From: Candidatus Aerophobota bacterium
GTDB lineage: Bacteria; Aerophobota; Aerophobia; Aerophobales; AE-B3A
Direction: 5' to 3'
Assembly (NCBI GenBank): GCA_030602545.1
Contig: JAUVZN010000002.1
Coordinates: forward strand, 1 to 37,526
Length of the DNA stretch: 37,526 nt
Shown here: positions 1 to 8,903 of the stretch, piece by piece
How positions within the stretch are numbered: position 1 is the stretch's first letter
Layout: the number at the start of each line of letters is the position of its first letter
Made by a program: the position numbers and the translations under genes
Notes under the pieces: generated by a model
What the model was told of the DNA's origin: nothing
Databases searched by the model: none
What the model saw: the letters and a program-made list of their open reading frames with translations, nothing else

Positions 1-2
1 AC

Positions 3-272
3 TACAGCCTAACTCCCAAGATCTCTTTTCTGGTTGACATTCTGGGAACCGGGATTTACGCTGGTGCCGGGATAGAGGAAACCTACGTGCAATGGGCCTC
101 AGGAGATGCAGGATGGAGCGATCTTAACTATGTTCTTCAGGCAGGAACGGAAATAGCTCTCGAGTCCCTGTCTCTCATACTGGACGCCTACTATGAATCG
201 GCCAACTTCTCTCTGAAAGAGATAGACACAGGTTTTATCACCTTTGGCGCTCGATTAATTTGGTATCTCTAG
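3..272 (+). CDS. 3' end of a gene that starts upstream of the window; product unknown
   Basis: The frame is open from the window edge (codons from nt 3: YSLTPKISFLVDILGTGIYAGAGIEETY...). It runs into the listed 87..272 ORF and ends at TAG 270-272. No motif recognised. Confidence 0.3.
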   Translation, partial: YSLTPKISFLVDILGTGIYAGAGIEETYVQWASGDAGWSDLNYVLQAGTEIALESLSLILDAYYESANFSLKEIDTGFITFGARLIWYL

Positions 273-417
273 TTCGTTTGGACAAAATGGAACCATTGAT
301 GAAACTTGGTGTTTCGGTGGGAGCTTTGGCTAGGACAGTTATCCCACATTTAAGGAGGTGAAAAGCCTGACCTGATTCAGGAAGAGATTATACATTAATT
401 CCCTAAGACAATCTTGG

Positions 418-1683
418 TCAATACAGATGCTGCTTGAGAAAGGCAAACAGAGCCTTCCAGGCATCTATGTTTGCCTGGCAGTTCGAGTCAAACTCGTAGC
501 TAAAAACTAAGCCGCGACGCATCTGTATGGCTGGCAGATAGGGGATGCTCGTTACGTGACCGGCCCCTTTGTATTTCAGATGCTGGTATGGATGAGGAAA
601 GTTGTTTCGCTGGAGACGATCGATCAACATCTCTGCCATTATCGTGGAAGGCCAGATTGCATCGTTCTCGCCAGAAACCAGCAGTATTGGCCCGTTGATA
701 TTCTCAGCAGGAATTGCGGCTGCTTCCACAGCCCGGCGGTCCTTAAGGCCTCTTTCGTAAGATGCCCGAAAAGCCACTGGTCGCCCGAACATAAGCCTGA
801 CAAGAATGCCGATTGAGAATTTTATCGGCACGAATGGCAACGGGGCGCCCCCACGGGTCCGAGAACTCGTGACTCGTCCCCGGCGAAGACCCTGCCATAT
901 GACTGATCTGGGGGCAAAAGCGGCTACCGCTCTGATCTGGGGAAAATTCGCTCCCAACAACAGAGCCAGCTCACCCCCTTTTGAGTAACCATACACACCA
1001 ATTCGCCTGCTATCAACGGCTTTGTGCTCTGTCAACCAACCAAGAGCATTTTCAAAGTACTCCAAAGGGATTTCAGCCAGTTCGGGTGGTAGCGGATCTA
1101 TGCCGAAGTATGCCAGTGAGAGCACCGCGAACCCGTGTGACGCGAGCAGTTCACCTCGGACCTCATTCAAGCCTCCGTCGGTACCCCCAAGGTGGATCAC
1201 GATGGGATGCGGGCCGACTTCTGCAGGATAGAACAACGTACCGACCAACCCACGCCCCACCACAGGTTCACGAATAATATCGCTCCCTGGAGGAAGAAGT
1301 TGTCGACTGAATTCCATCTGCGCCAAATCCTCGCCATTCGCTTCTACCGTGATGGTGAAACGAAGCGGTTCAAGCTTGCGTTTCTCGAAAGCAGGCACCG
1401 GCTTGTCAATATCATAACCTTCCGGATGCATCGCCCACGTGAGAGCAGTGGGGTCGGTCACGGTAAAGGTGCCGGATTGGGGTGCCTGCTTGGATAAGTC
1501 TACAACGCCATGAGTGTCAGCGATGAACGTACCAAACGCCTGCCATGGCGTTCCCTTTTCGTCCTTTGTCTGCGAACGTACGGTAATTTCCTGCTCCGGA
1601 GCCAAACCGCTTATCCTCAAGGTAAGTGGTTGATCAAGAACCGCTGTCAATGGTCGAACGTCGATCCTACAACTTTTATTCAT
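418..1683 (-). CDS. BAAT / acyl-CoA thioesterase-family alpha/beta hydrolase
   Basis: 421-aa ORF with AAGGAGG 7 nt upstream of the ATG. The N-terminal half is beta-rich. The C-terminal half is a hydrolase with the nucleophile elbow G-Y-S-K-G-G, then SGENDAIWP and GAGH. This two-domain layout is typical of the BAAT/acyl-CoA thioester hydrolase family. Confidence 0.75.
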   Translation of the reverse strand: MNKSCRIDVRPLTAVLDQPLTLRISGLAPEQEITVRSQTKDEKGTPWQAFGTFIADTHGVVDLSKQAPQSGTFTVTDPTALTWAMHPEGYDIDKPVPAFEKRKLEPLRFTITVEANGEDLAQMEFSRQLLPPGSDIIREPVVGRGLVGTLFYPAEVGPHPIVIHLGGTDGGLNEVRGELLASHGFAVLSLAYFGIDPLPPELAEIPLEYFENALGWLTEHKAVDSRRIGVYGYSKGGELALLLGANFPQIRAVAAFAPRSVIWQGLRRGRVTSSRTRGGAPLPFVPIKFSIGILVRLMFGRPVAFRASYERGLKDRRAVEAAAIPAENINGPILLVSGENDAIWPSTIMAEMLIDRLQRNNFPHPYQHLKYKGAGHVTSIPYLPAIQMRRGLVFSYEFDSNCQANIDAWKALFAFLKQHLY

Positions 1684-1942
1684 CAGATTGCCTCCTTGAT
1701 AAAGTCACTGAGGAGAGTTTTTTCGAGAATACTACAGATGATATTCAAATTCCAGTTCATAGTTTCCCGGTCTAATCAAAACGAAGGCAGAGTGAGATAC
1801 CAAGATTTCTAAGTCTAGAAGAAACAAGCAAATCATGCAAGTCAACCCTCCCCAGCCAATGAGGTTAGATAAACTGTAGAGCATTCTTTGGAAAAACGAC
1901 CTCTCCATCAGAGTACCTGAGATATTTTTAGACCATTATCGG

Positions 1943-1971
1943 TTGACAACCAGTAAATTTTATCTTAATGT
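1943..1971 (+). promoter_or_regulatory. candidate sigma-70 promoter for the antiporter gene
   Basis: TTGACA (1943-1948), a 17-nt spacer, then TAATGT (1966-1971), about 120 nt upstream of the 2094 start. Confidence 0.4.
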
Positions 1972-2093
1972 ATGATTTATCCCCAGAGGAGGCTATCGCA
2001 GAATTTTTGAACAAGGGGCACGCTTAGATTTCCTTGTTATGTGGAAAGAACTGACCCGAATAGCGATTCCTGTGAAAGAAAAGGATAAATGAT

Positions 2094-3314
2094 GTGCAGT
2101 CTATCTTAATCGTTGGAATCATAATCTTCACTGGTTTTGTCGTTGGAGAAATAGCTGCCAAGATTAAGCTTCCAAGAGTAACAGGATATATTTTAGCAGG
2201 CATACTGTTAAACCCTGGCCTGCTTCACCTCATACCCCAAGATTTCGTAGATCATACCAGTCTTGTAACCAATATCTCCCTTGCGTTTATTACCTTTTCG
2301 GTAGGTGGCACTCTCTTATTCTCCCACATAAAAAAGCTAGGAAAAGGAATTTTGTACATAACCATATGTGAGGCTGAATTTGCATTCATGGCAATTGTTA
2401 TAGGCTTTCTGGTAACAACCCCTTTTTTTATTCACCGTGTTGACGCCACCTGGTTTACCGTATTTATTCCTTTAAGTCTGATCATCGGTTCTCTTGGATC
2501 GCCGACTGATCCAGCTGCCACACTCGCAGTTGCACACGAGTATCGAGCAAAAGGGGATGTTTCCTCCACCATAATGGGTGTGGCTGCACTCGACGATGCT
2601 ACAGGGATTATAAATTATAGTCTTGCTATCGCTATAGCTGAGGTGTTCATTCTCCACCAAGGTTTCAATTTGCACTCTTCCTTATTGAACCCCCTGGTTG
2701 TTATTGTGGGAGCTATAATATTAGGAATAGCTTTTGGATTCATGTTCAATTTGATCACTTCTTTGATGAAGAAGGAGACAGAGGCCGGTTTTATCGTCTT
2801 AATCCTAGCTTTCTTAGCACTATGTTTTGGCCTTGCAACGCTACTAGGTTTTAATGAGCTTTTGGCGACAATGACTATGGGCATTACCGTCGTTAATTAC
2901 AACTCCAAAAGAGACAAAATATTTAGGATTCTCGAGCGCTCTACCGAACAATTGATTTTTGTGTTATTTTTTACATTAAGCGGAATGCACCTTAACTTTT
3001 CTGTACTGTCAACTTACTATATCCTTGTATTATTATTTGTCCTTTTTAGAACCGTGGGGAAAGTTTCAGGAACTATGGTCGGGGCTTCTATTTCAAAATC
3101 GTCTCCAATGGTTAAGAAGTATGCGGCAGGCGGTTTGATTCCCCAGGGGGGTATTGTGGTTGGACTGGCTCTCATGATCAAGCAGAATCATGCATTTGAC
3201 AGTATTTCTGACACTATTATCAGCGTCGTGGTTGGAGCTACCATTGTGCATGAAATAGTTGGACCTGTTCTTGCCAAGTTAGCACTCAAAAAAGCAGGAG
3301 AATTACATAATTAA
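2094..3314 (+). CDS. cation:proton antiporter (Na+/H+ exchanger family)
   Basis: 406-aa polytopic membrane ORF with a GTG start and AAGGA 8 nt upstream. The N-terminus GFVVGEIAAKIKLPRVTGYILAGILLNPGLL matches the conserved first helices of CPA-type exchangers. About 11-12 hydrophobic segments. Confidence 0.85.
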   Translation: MQSILIVGIIIFTGFVVGEIAAKIKLPRVTGYILAGILLNPGLLHLIPQDFVDHTSLVTNISLAFITFSVGGTLLFSHIKKLGKGILYITICEAEFAFMAIVIGFLVTTPFFIHRVDATWFTVFIPLSLIIGSLGSPTDPAATLAVAHEYRAKGDVSSTIMGVAALDDATGIINYSLAIAIAEVFILHQGFNLHSSLLNPLVVIVGAIILGIAFGFMFNLITSLMKKETEAGFIVLILAFLALCFGLATLLGFNELLATMTMGITVVNYNSKRDKIFRILERSTEQLIFVLFFTLSGMHLNFSVLSTYYILVLLFVLFRTVGKVSGTMVGASISKSSPMVKKYAAGGLIPQGGIVVGLALMIKQNHAFDSISDTIISVVVGATIVHEIVGPVLAKLALKKAGELHN

Positions 3315-3578
3315 TGCTTTAGTGCTAGAGAGGCTTAAGGAAGAAGACCGAAGAGCACATGACAGCATACTCAGGCTTGGCTCTATTTTTCTAAGGTGGG
3401 TCTTTTTTAAATGAGAATGAGCAAAGCGGCAATGGAGCTTATTGCGGTACTGAATCGGAATGATTTAAATTGCGAGCAGTCTGATCATGGGAAAAGATGC
3501 TGGGAGATGCTGGCGGTATCCGCAAAAGAATCTTTTTGGTACAAGATCCTTTTAGTGAAAGAGGCGAAGCTTTGAAAA

Positions 3579-3824
3579 ATGTTGCGTATACGAAAAGTAG
3601 ATAATGGACCTATGTTTAACGTAAGGATGCAGCCAGGAGCGCCGAAAAATGAGATCGTGGGAGTTCAGGGGGAGGCCTTGAAGGTGAAAATTAATGCTCC
3701 TCCGGTGAGAGGGAAAGCGAATAAGGCTCTGGTAGTTTTTTTGGCTGAGGAGTTGGGGGTGAAGAGGTCAGATGTAGAAATCATTAGTGGCCATACGCCC
3801 AAACCCTTGATAGTGTTTTTGTGA
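3579..3824 (+). CDS. DUF167 (YggU-like) protein, probably C-terminally truncated
   Basis: The stretch APPVRGKANKALVVFLAEELGVKRSDVEIISGHT fits the DUF167 signature (G-K-A-N-x-A-L...F-L-A...V-x-I-x-x-G). The ORF ends abruptly (GHTPKPLIVFL*) and overlaps the start of the anSME remnant. Confidence 0.6.
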   Translation: MLRIRKVDNGPMFNVRMQPGAPKNEIVGVQGEALKVKINAPPVRGKANKALVVFLAEELGVKRSDVEIISGHTPKPLIVFL

Positions 3825-4043
3825 AAGAGGATACCCTGGCTATGGCGAATGTCCCAAGCATCGCTTCGTGAAAACACCACAGGTGAGCCGGGATGGAACT
3901 ATCTGTGTAGGGGGTACGAGCGATTCTTCAACCATGTCGACCCCTATATGAGATCCATGATCCGGTTATTGGAGCACCGCATTCCCGTGAAGAAAATCAT
4001 GGAGGCCGTCGAGAGGCCGCCGGTCATCAAGCTTGAGCCGTGA
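3814..4043 (+). pseudogene. 3' remnant of an anaerobic sulfatase-maturating (anSME-type) radical SAM gene, internally frameshifted
   Basis: Two frames read CFCERGYPGYGECPKHRFVKTP (from 3814) and then GEPGWNYLCRGYERFFNHVDPYMRSMIRLLE (listed ORF 3849..4043). Joined, they match the conserved C-terminal Cys cluster and GLNYLC-GY-FF-H-P-M tail of anSME/AslB-type enzymes. The whole N-terminal radical SAM core is missing. Confidence 0.6.
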
Positions 4044-4061
4044 GGTGAAGGGAGGTCACGA

Positions 4062-5636
4062 ATGGCTATTAATAAAAACAGAAAAGAGGATCTTGTCCTC
4101 GAGCGGAGATTATGGCGCGTGCTTCCATGGGTTCTGGTGGCATTATTTTTGTTGGCGAGTGACGTCTGGCCCATGCACGCGCCGGGCACGGATGCCGATC
4201 GTGTAAGGAGAATTCTGCCTCGGTTTGACGCGTACGTAGAAACCACATTCAAACGGAGCGGCGTTCCGGGCATGGCTATTGCCGTCGTGTATCAGGACAA
4301 GGCGCAATACCTCAACTGTCTTGGGATCAGGAAAGTAGGGTCTCCCGATCCCGTAGACGCGGACACCGTCTTTCAGCTAGCATCTATATCCAAATCCTTT
4401 ACTTCGGCCACCATTGCTTCCATGGTCGGCGATGGTTTACTGGGGTGGGATGACAGAGTAATCGATCACTATCCCGAATTTCGCCTCTACGATCCCTGGG
4501 TAACGAATCGGATTACGATCCGGGATCTCCTGTCGCACAGAAGCGGATTACCCGAATACATAGGCGATAAACTCGAATCGGAGTTCAAATATGACCGCGA
4601 GGAAATTCTCTACCGGCTTCGTTATCAAAAACCGATTGCCGGTTTCCGGTCCCGTTACGCCTATCAGAATTTTCTGATCACTGCAGCCGGTGAGACCGCT
4701 GCGAAAGCGGCCGACACGAAATGGTCCGAGTTAGTGGCAGAGAGAATATTCAAGCCGCTCGGCATGAACTCAAGCAGTGCCCTCTTTGCCGATGTTGAGA
4801 AAGCAAAAAATAGGGCCACAGGTCACGTTCGAAAAAATGACAAGATGATGCCCCACACCTTACGCCAACCAGATGCTCAATCCCCGGCTGGCGGCATAAG
4901 CTCTACAATCAGCGATATGGTCAAATGGGTTCGAATGCAGTTGGCGGGAGGGAAGTTCGAAGGAAAGAATATTATTTCTGCCGAAGCGCTGGAAGAAACT
5001 CACAAGCCCCAGACCATTATCCATTCATCAGGCAGCGGCACATCATGCTACGGCCTTGGCTGGTTCGTTGATTATTTAGACGGACATAAGGTAGTGCACC
5101 ATGGGGGCGATTTCGAAGCCGGCATCAGTACCAGTACTTTTCTGGTTCCTTCAGAACAGGTGGGCATTGTGATTTTGACCAATGCCTTCCGGGATGGTCA
5201 TATTCTACACAGTGCTTTGACGAAGACATTTAGCGACCTATTGTTTACCGGGAAAAATGAGACAGACTGGTGGCCCATTATCAAAGAAGAGTTTGAAAAA
5301 GCGTTGGTAGGATCTGTGTTAGATCCGTTTGAGCATCTACCCGAGACACCATCTCCTAAAACACCCGGATTGCCGCCTTCCAGCTACGTTGGAGGATATG
5401 AGAACCACTATTACGGCAAGATCAGCGTGGTTGAGAGAAATAACAGGCTGTCCTTGTACATGGGACATAATAGAATTCCCTATGAGTTAACCCATTGGAA
5501 CGGGAATATTTTTAGGGATGAAAAGACCAATTCCGGGGTCATTTTCAACATAGGCAGTGACGGTAGAGCCTATGAAGTTCTGCTTAAGAGTCTGGATTTT
5601 AACGGAAGGAACGGTCGCTTTATTCGCGCACACTAA
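4062..5636 (+). CDS. beta-lactamase-family serine hydrolase (class C / PBP-like) with an N-terminal membrane anchor
   Basis: 524-aa ORF with a hydrophobic N-terminal segment (VLPWVLVALFLLA). It has the S-x-x-K motif in FQLASISKSF and later YQN and HHGG motifs. The extra C-terminal domain is typical of long members of this family. Confidence 0.85.
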   Translation: MAINKNRKEDLVLERRLWRVLPWVLVALFLLASDVWPMHAPGTDADRVRRILPRFDAYVETTFKRSGVPGMAIAVVYQDKAQYLNCLGIRKVGSPDPVDADTVFQLASISKSFTSATIASMVGDGLLGWDDRVIDHYPEFRLYDPWVTNRITIRDLLSHRSGLPEYIGDKLESEFKYDREEILYRLRYQKPIAGFRSRYAYQNFLITAAGETAAKAADTKWSELVAERIFKPLGMNSSSALFADVEKAKNRATGHVRKNDKMMPHTLRQPDAQSPAGGISSTISDMVKWVRMQLAGGKFEGKNIISAEALEETHKPQTIIHSSGSGTSCYGLGWFVDYLDGHKVVHHGGDFEAGISTSTFLVPSEQVGIVILTNAFRDGHILHSALTKTFSDLLFTGKNETDWWPIIKEEFEKALVGSVLDPFEHLPETPSPKTPGLPPSSYVGGYENHYYGKISVVERNNRLSLYMGHNRIPYELTHWNGNIFRDEKTNSGVIFNIGSDGRAYEVLLKSLDFNGRNGRFIRAH

Positions 5637-6084
5637 AGTTGATAATAAGCACCGGTCTCCGCCTAACAGAGGCCCGGTCCCAAACTTCTATTATCCCTAA
5701 CTCGGTCCAATTCAATATCTCAGATGCAGCTTTAGGCTGAAAAGACGATCTTTAAAATGTCAAAACCGTAAGGGCTACTGAACACTGGGGAGGTTAGCCG
5801 AAATTCTATCTGCAATCTCGGACTTCAGCAGGCAAAAAACCTTTTTTGCTCCCTCATCTTCAGAGCTTCGCTTGAATCAGACCCCATAGGAAATTTTGAG
5901 AAATGTCCAGTTGAGGCCCAGAGTTCTGGATATGTCTTCTCCAAGAGTCATAACAGGATACAGGGAAAGTGCTGAGGCTAAAAAGGTGCCTCTAAAAAAC
6001 AAACTGAATATTAGGTAGCAACTCAACTAATCCAGAAAGACATCCTATGTAAAATGAAGAATTTTCTAAGAGGAATAAATGAAC

Positions 6085-6930
6085 CTAAGCAGCGGGACTG
6101 ACAGTTGTGTTAAATCTATACTCAGCCTTGTTCTTCATCATAGCGTAAATGATGTCACATAGCCTCCTCTGGAGGCAGGTAAGGGCTTCTTTCTTGGTTT
6201 TTCCCTCAGAGATCTTTCTCAAGAAGTACTCTCTGGCTTTAGGATTTCTAGGTCTGCTTGATCTATCAGAGCCGATCTGACAAAGAGCTATGTGGTATAT
6301 AGCAGTGTTGAGTTGGCGTCTAGCCCGGTTAGATTTTTTGAACTTGAGTTTTTCGCCCGAGCTTTTTTGCTGAGGAGCTATACCGGCACACTTAGCTAAC
6401 TTATCACTAGAGCTAAATCGGTTTATATCACCAACTTCAACTGTGAGCTTAGCTGCTGTAACTAGATCAACACCTGTTAATGCAGAAAGCTTCATCCCTG
6501 TTTCGCTAACTAACGGCTCCAGTTCTTTGTCAACAATAGCTATCTGCTCTTCAATGAATCTCAAATGCTTTATTAGGTTCCTGATGATACTTGAGTGCAC
6601 AAGGTTCAGGCGAGAAGGCACAGAATCTTTACCGACCAGCTTCAAAATATTTAAAGCCTTTTTAGTAGAGACAGTGTTATTGGAATTATCCCTCAGGTAT
6701 TGAGCGAGTCTATCTACTCCGATACCCTTAAGTAAAGAGGCTATAGGGAACCTTTTCCAAAAGGCTAAGGCTGCTTTAGAGAAGGTATTCTTAAACATGC
6801 TCTGGTAATAGGGGTACTCTCTGTGAAGCAGGATATGAAGTTTATTTTTGATTCTGCTCTTCTCTTTGACTAAAGAGTCGCGCCGGTTGGACAGCTGGTG
6901 AATCGCTAGATAGACCTCATCGGAAAATTC
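6085..6930 (-). mobile_element. IS110-family transposase remnant lacking the N-terminal DEDD catalytic domain
   Basis: The listed ORF 6085..6798 has the Transposase_20-type core (LTGVDLVTAAKLTVEVGDINRFSSSDKLAKCAGIAPQQKSSGEK...RRQLNTAIYHIAL). The same frame stays open upstream without a start codon (EFSDEVYLAIHQLSNRRDSLVKEKSRIKNKLHILLHREYPYYQS) as far as a TGA at 6931-6933. About 110-130 N-terminal residues of a normal IS110 transposase are absent. Confidence 0.8.
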
Positions 6931-7123
6931 TCAGGATGGAACGCTTCGATGCTAGCATTTCCGCCAAAGGAAGAAAAGCAAAACGGGGCCCATGACCAGC
7001 CGCAAGAACTTGTCCGACCACTTCCCCTATGTGCAGGCAGCGGGATAGTTTTCCCCCAAAATAAGCCGCCAGTATGAGCAGTCCCGGGCAAAGTATTTGC
7101 ACGCATAAAAGGTCAAAACGCAA
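6906..7123 (-). pseudogene. possible 5' stub of a cation:proton antiporter gene, truncated at the IS110 remnant
   Basis: The 68-aa ORF reads GLLILAAYFGGKLSRCLHIGEVVGQVLAAG, which resembles the conserved first helices of CPA antiporters (compare the 2094 gene). It degenerates and stops where the IS110 frame begins. Confidence 0.3.
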
Positions 7124-7181
7124 CAGCCCCTATTCTACACCTAAATCCGTCCCAATTTTGAAGTTTTTTAATAGGGTTGTT

Positions 7182-8864
7182 CTACATCACATTCACCAGT
7201 ACAGTTCCCCAAATGGTAAGGAGAACATTTCCGAATGCAAAGGGCACGGTATATCCCAGGACCGGCACGGGGCTATCCGCTTCTTCTTTTAGCGCATTGA
7301 GAGTAGCAGTGCTAGTTCCCGCCCCGGTCAAAGCACCAAAGAGCAGAACGGGATTCATTTTGAGCACTATCCTGCCGAAGGCCAGGCCAATAATATGGGG
7401 CGTGAGAGTTAAAATGACCCCCGCTAAAATCAGGGATGCTCCGGTCGTTTGCAGGGCGTGGACAGCTCTTGGACCCGCAATCAAGCCAACACAGGCGATG
7501 AAGAGATTCAGTCCCAGGTCGGTGAAGATCCATTGTGCTCCGCTAGGAATCTGTCCAAAAGTGGGATGGACGGCCCTCAGCCAGCCGAACACCAGCCCAG
7601 ATAAGAGAACCCCTCCGCCGACCCCCAGCGTTAACGGTATTCCCATCACCGGTACCATTATTAAACCTAACAAAGTGCCCAGAACACAACCCAGCCCCAC
7701 CATTATCAGATCTGTGGTTACTGTTGGGCGTTCGGGGTACCCCAGGTATTTGACAAGCTTCTCCACATCTTTTTGCGCGCCGGCTATCTCCAAAACGTCG
7801 CATTTATGAACAACAGTGTTTTTCGTGAGGGGCAGTTCATGACCCTGGCGTGTTATCTTTCTCAAAAAACAGCCATGGCCGTGCTCGGTGCTGATCTCAC
7901 CAAGGGTCTTCCCCACCGGCTCGGGGTTGAGGACACAGATATTCATAACCTCACCGACGAGGTCCACTACGCTTCTGTCATCAACCTCGGGACCGATCAT
8001 CTCATCCGCCTTGAGGAACTCTCTACGGTCCCCGACTATTGCGACCACATCGCCCGACTGGATAACCGTGCCCGGCGCGGGATCGATAACCTGATCGGCA
8101 CGCTTCAGCTTCTCGACATCCGCCTTCCTCGGGAACAGCGCCTCGAGTTCCCTTACTGTTTTCCCCAAAATGTTTTCATTCGTAGCGCGATACGCACGAA
8201 GATTAAGCTGCTTGTACCATGAGAAGAGCTCCGGTCTTTTTTCAATTTCCCCAGAACCGCCGGACATCTCCTCTTCCAGTTTTCTGGCCTCGTTCCTCAG
8301 GTCTATTTTCATGAGCCGGGGGATCATTTTGAAAAAGAAGATTAGTCCCGCTGTCCCGAATATGTAAGTTATGGCGTAGGCTACGGCAACATTGCTCTCG
8401 AGTGCAGTCTTATCAGCCGCCGAAATGGACAAGTGCTTGATGGCGCCCTCAGCAGTACCTATCGCCGAGGATTGTGTCATCGCCCCGGCCAGTAGCCCTG
8501 CCGTGGTACCTTTATCAAAACCAAACGACTTCCCCAATAGAATAGCGGTCACTAGTCCTACCAGAGCGAGGAAAAGAGATAACCAGACATAGTGAAGACC
8601 CTCCTTTTTAAGCGCGCCAAAAAACTGTGGGCCCACTTTGTAACCTATGCAGAAGATGAATAAGGCAAAACTGACCGCCTTTAACAGGGGCGGTACTTCG
8701 ATACTCATTTGACCGAGGACGAGCGCGGCAAGAAGGACCCCTGCGGTCGAGCCGATGTTGAAACCGTGGAATTTTATTTTGCCGACAAAATAACCTATCG
8801 CAATGGCCAGAAAGACCGCGATCTGCGGATAACTGCGGCATATCTCAACAATATCATGTACCAT
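7182..8864 (-). CDS. aspT: aspartate:alanine antiporter (AAE family, AspT/YidE/YbjL type)
   Basis: 560-aa ORF with GGAGGG upstream. The N-terminus IAVFLAIAIGYFVGKIKFHGFNIGSTAGVLLAALVLGQ is typical of the family. Two membrane halves flank a soluble middle with two RCK_C/TrkA_C-like segments. It lies 39 nt downstream of the aspartate 4-decarboxylase gene on the same strand. Confidence 0.85.
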   Translation of the reverse strand: MVHDIVEICRSYPQIAVFLAIAIGYFVGKIKFHGFNIGSTAGVLLAALVLGQMSIEVPPLLKAVSFALFIFCIGYKVGPQFFGALKKEGLHYVWLSLFLALVGLVTAILLGKSFGFDKGTTAGLLAGAMTQSSAIGTAEGAIKHLSISAADKTALESNVAVAYAITYIFGTAGLIFFFKMIPRLMKIDLRNEARKLEEEMSGGSGEIEKRPELFSWYKQLNLRAYRATNENILGKTVRELEALFPRKADVEKLKRADQVIDPAPGTVIQSGDVVAIVGDRREFLKADEMIGPEVDDRSVVDLVGEVMNICVLNPEPVGKTLGEISTEHGHGCFLRKITRQGHELPLTKNTVVHKCDVLEIAGAQKDVEKLVKYLGYPERPTVTTDLIMVGLGCVLGTLLGLIMVPVMGIPLTLGVGGGVLLSGLVFGWLRAVHPTFGQIPSGAQWIFTDLGLNLFIACVGLIAGPRAVHALQTTGASLILAGVILTLTPHIIGLAFGRIVLKMNPVLLFGALTGAGTSTATLNALKEEADSPVPVLGYTVPFAFGNVLLTIWGTVLVNVM

Positions 8865-8903
8865 AACTTACCCTCCTAGATGGCTTCACGCGAACCGTCG
8901 GCA

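Noticed and set aside
5637-6084. Non-coding end of the IS110 remnant as a possible bridge/guide RNA
   Set aside because: Only IS1111-type members carry the RNA 3' of the transposase, and I cannot assign the subgroup. I saw no convincing structured element here and the IS is truncated, so this is pure speculation.
7177-8222. Plus-strand ORFs of 210 aa and 149 aa overlapping aspT
   Set aside because: They are antisense to a well-supported transporter gene, and their low-complexity translations have no motifs.
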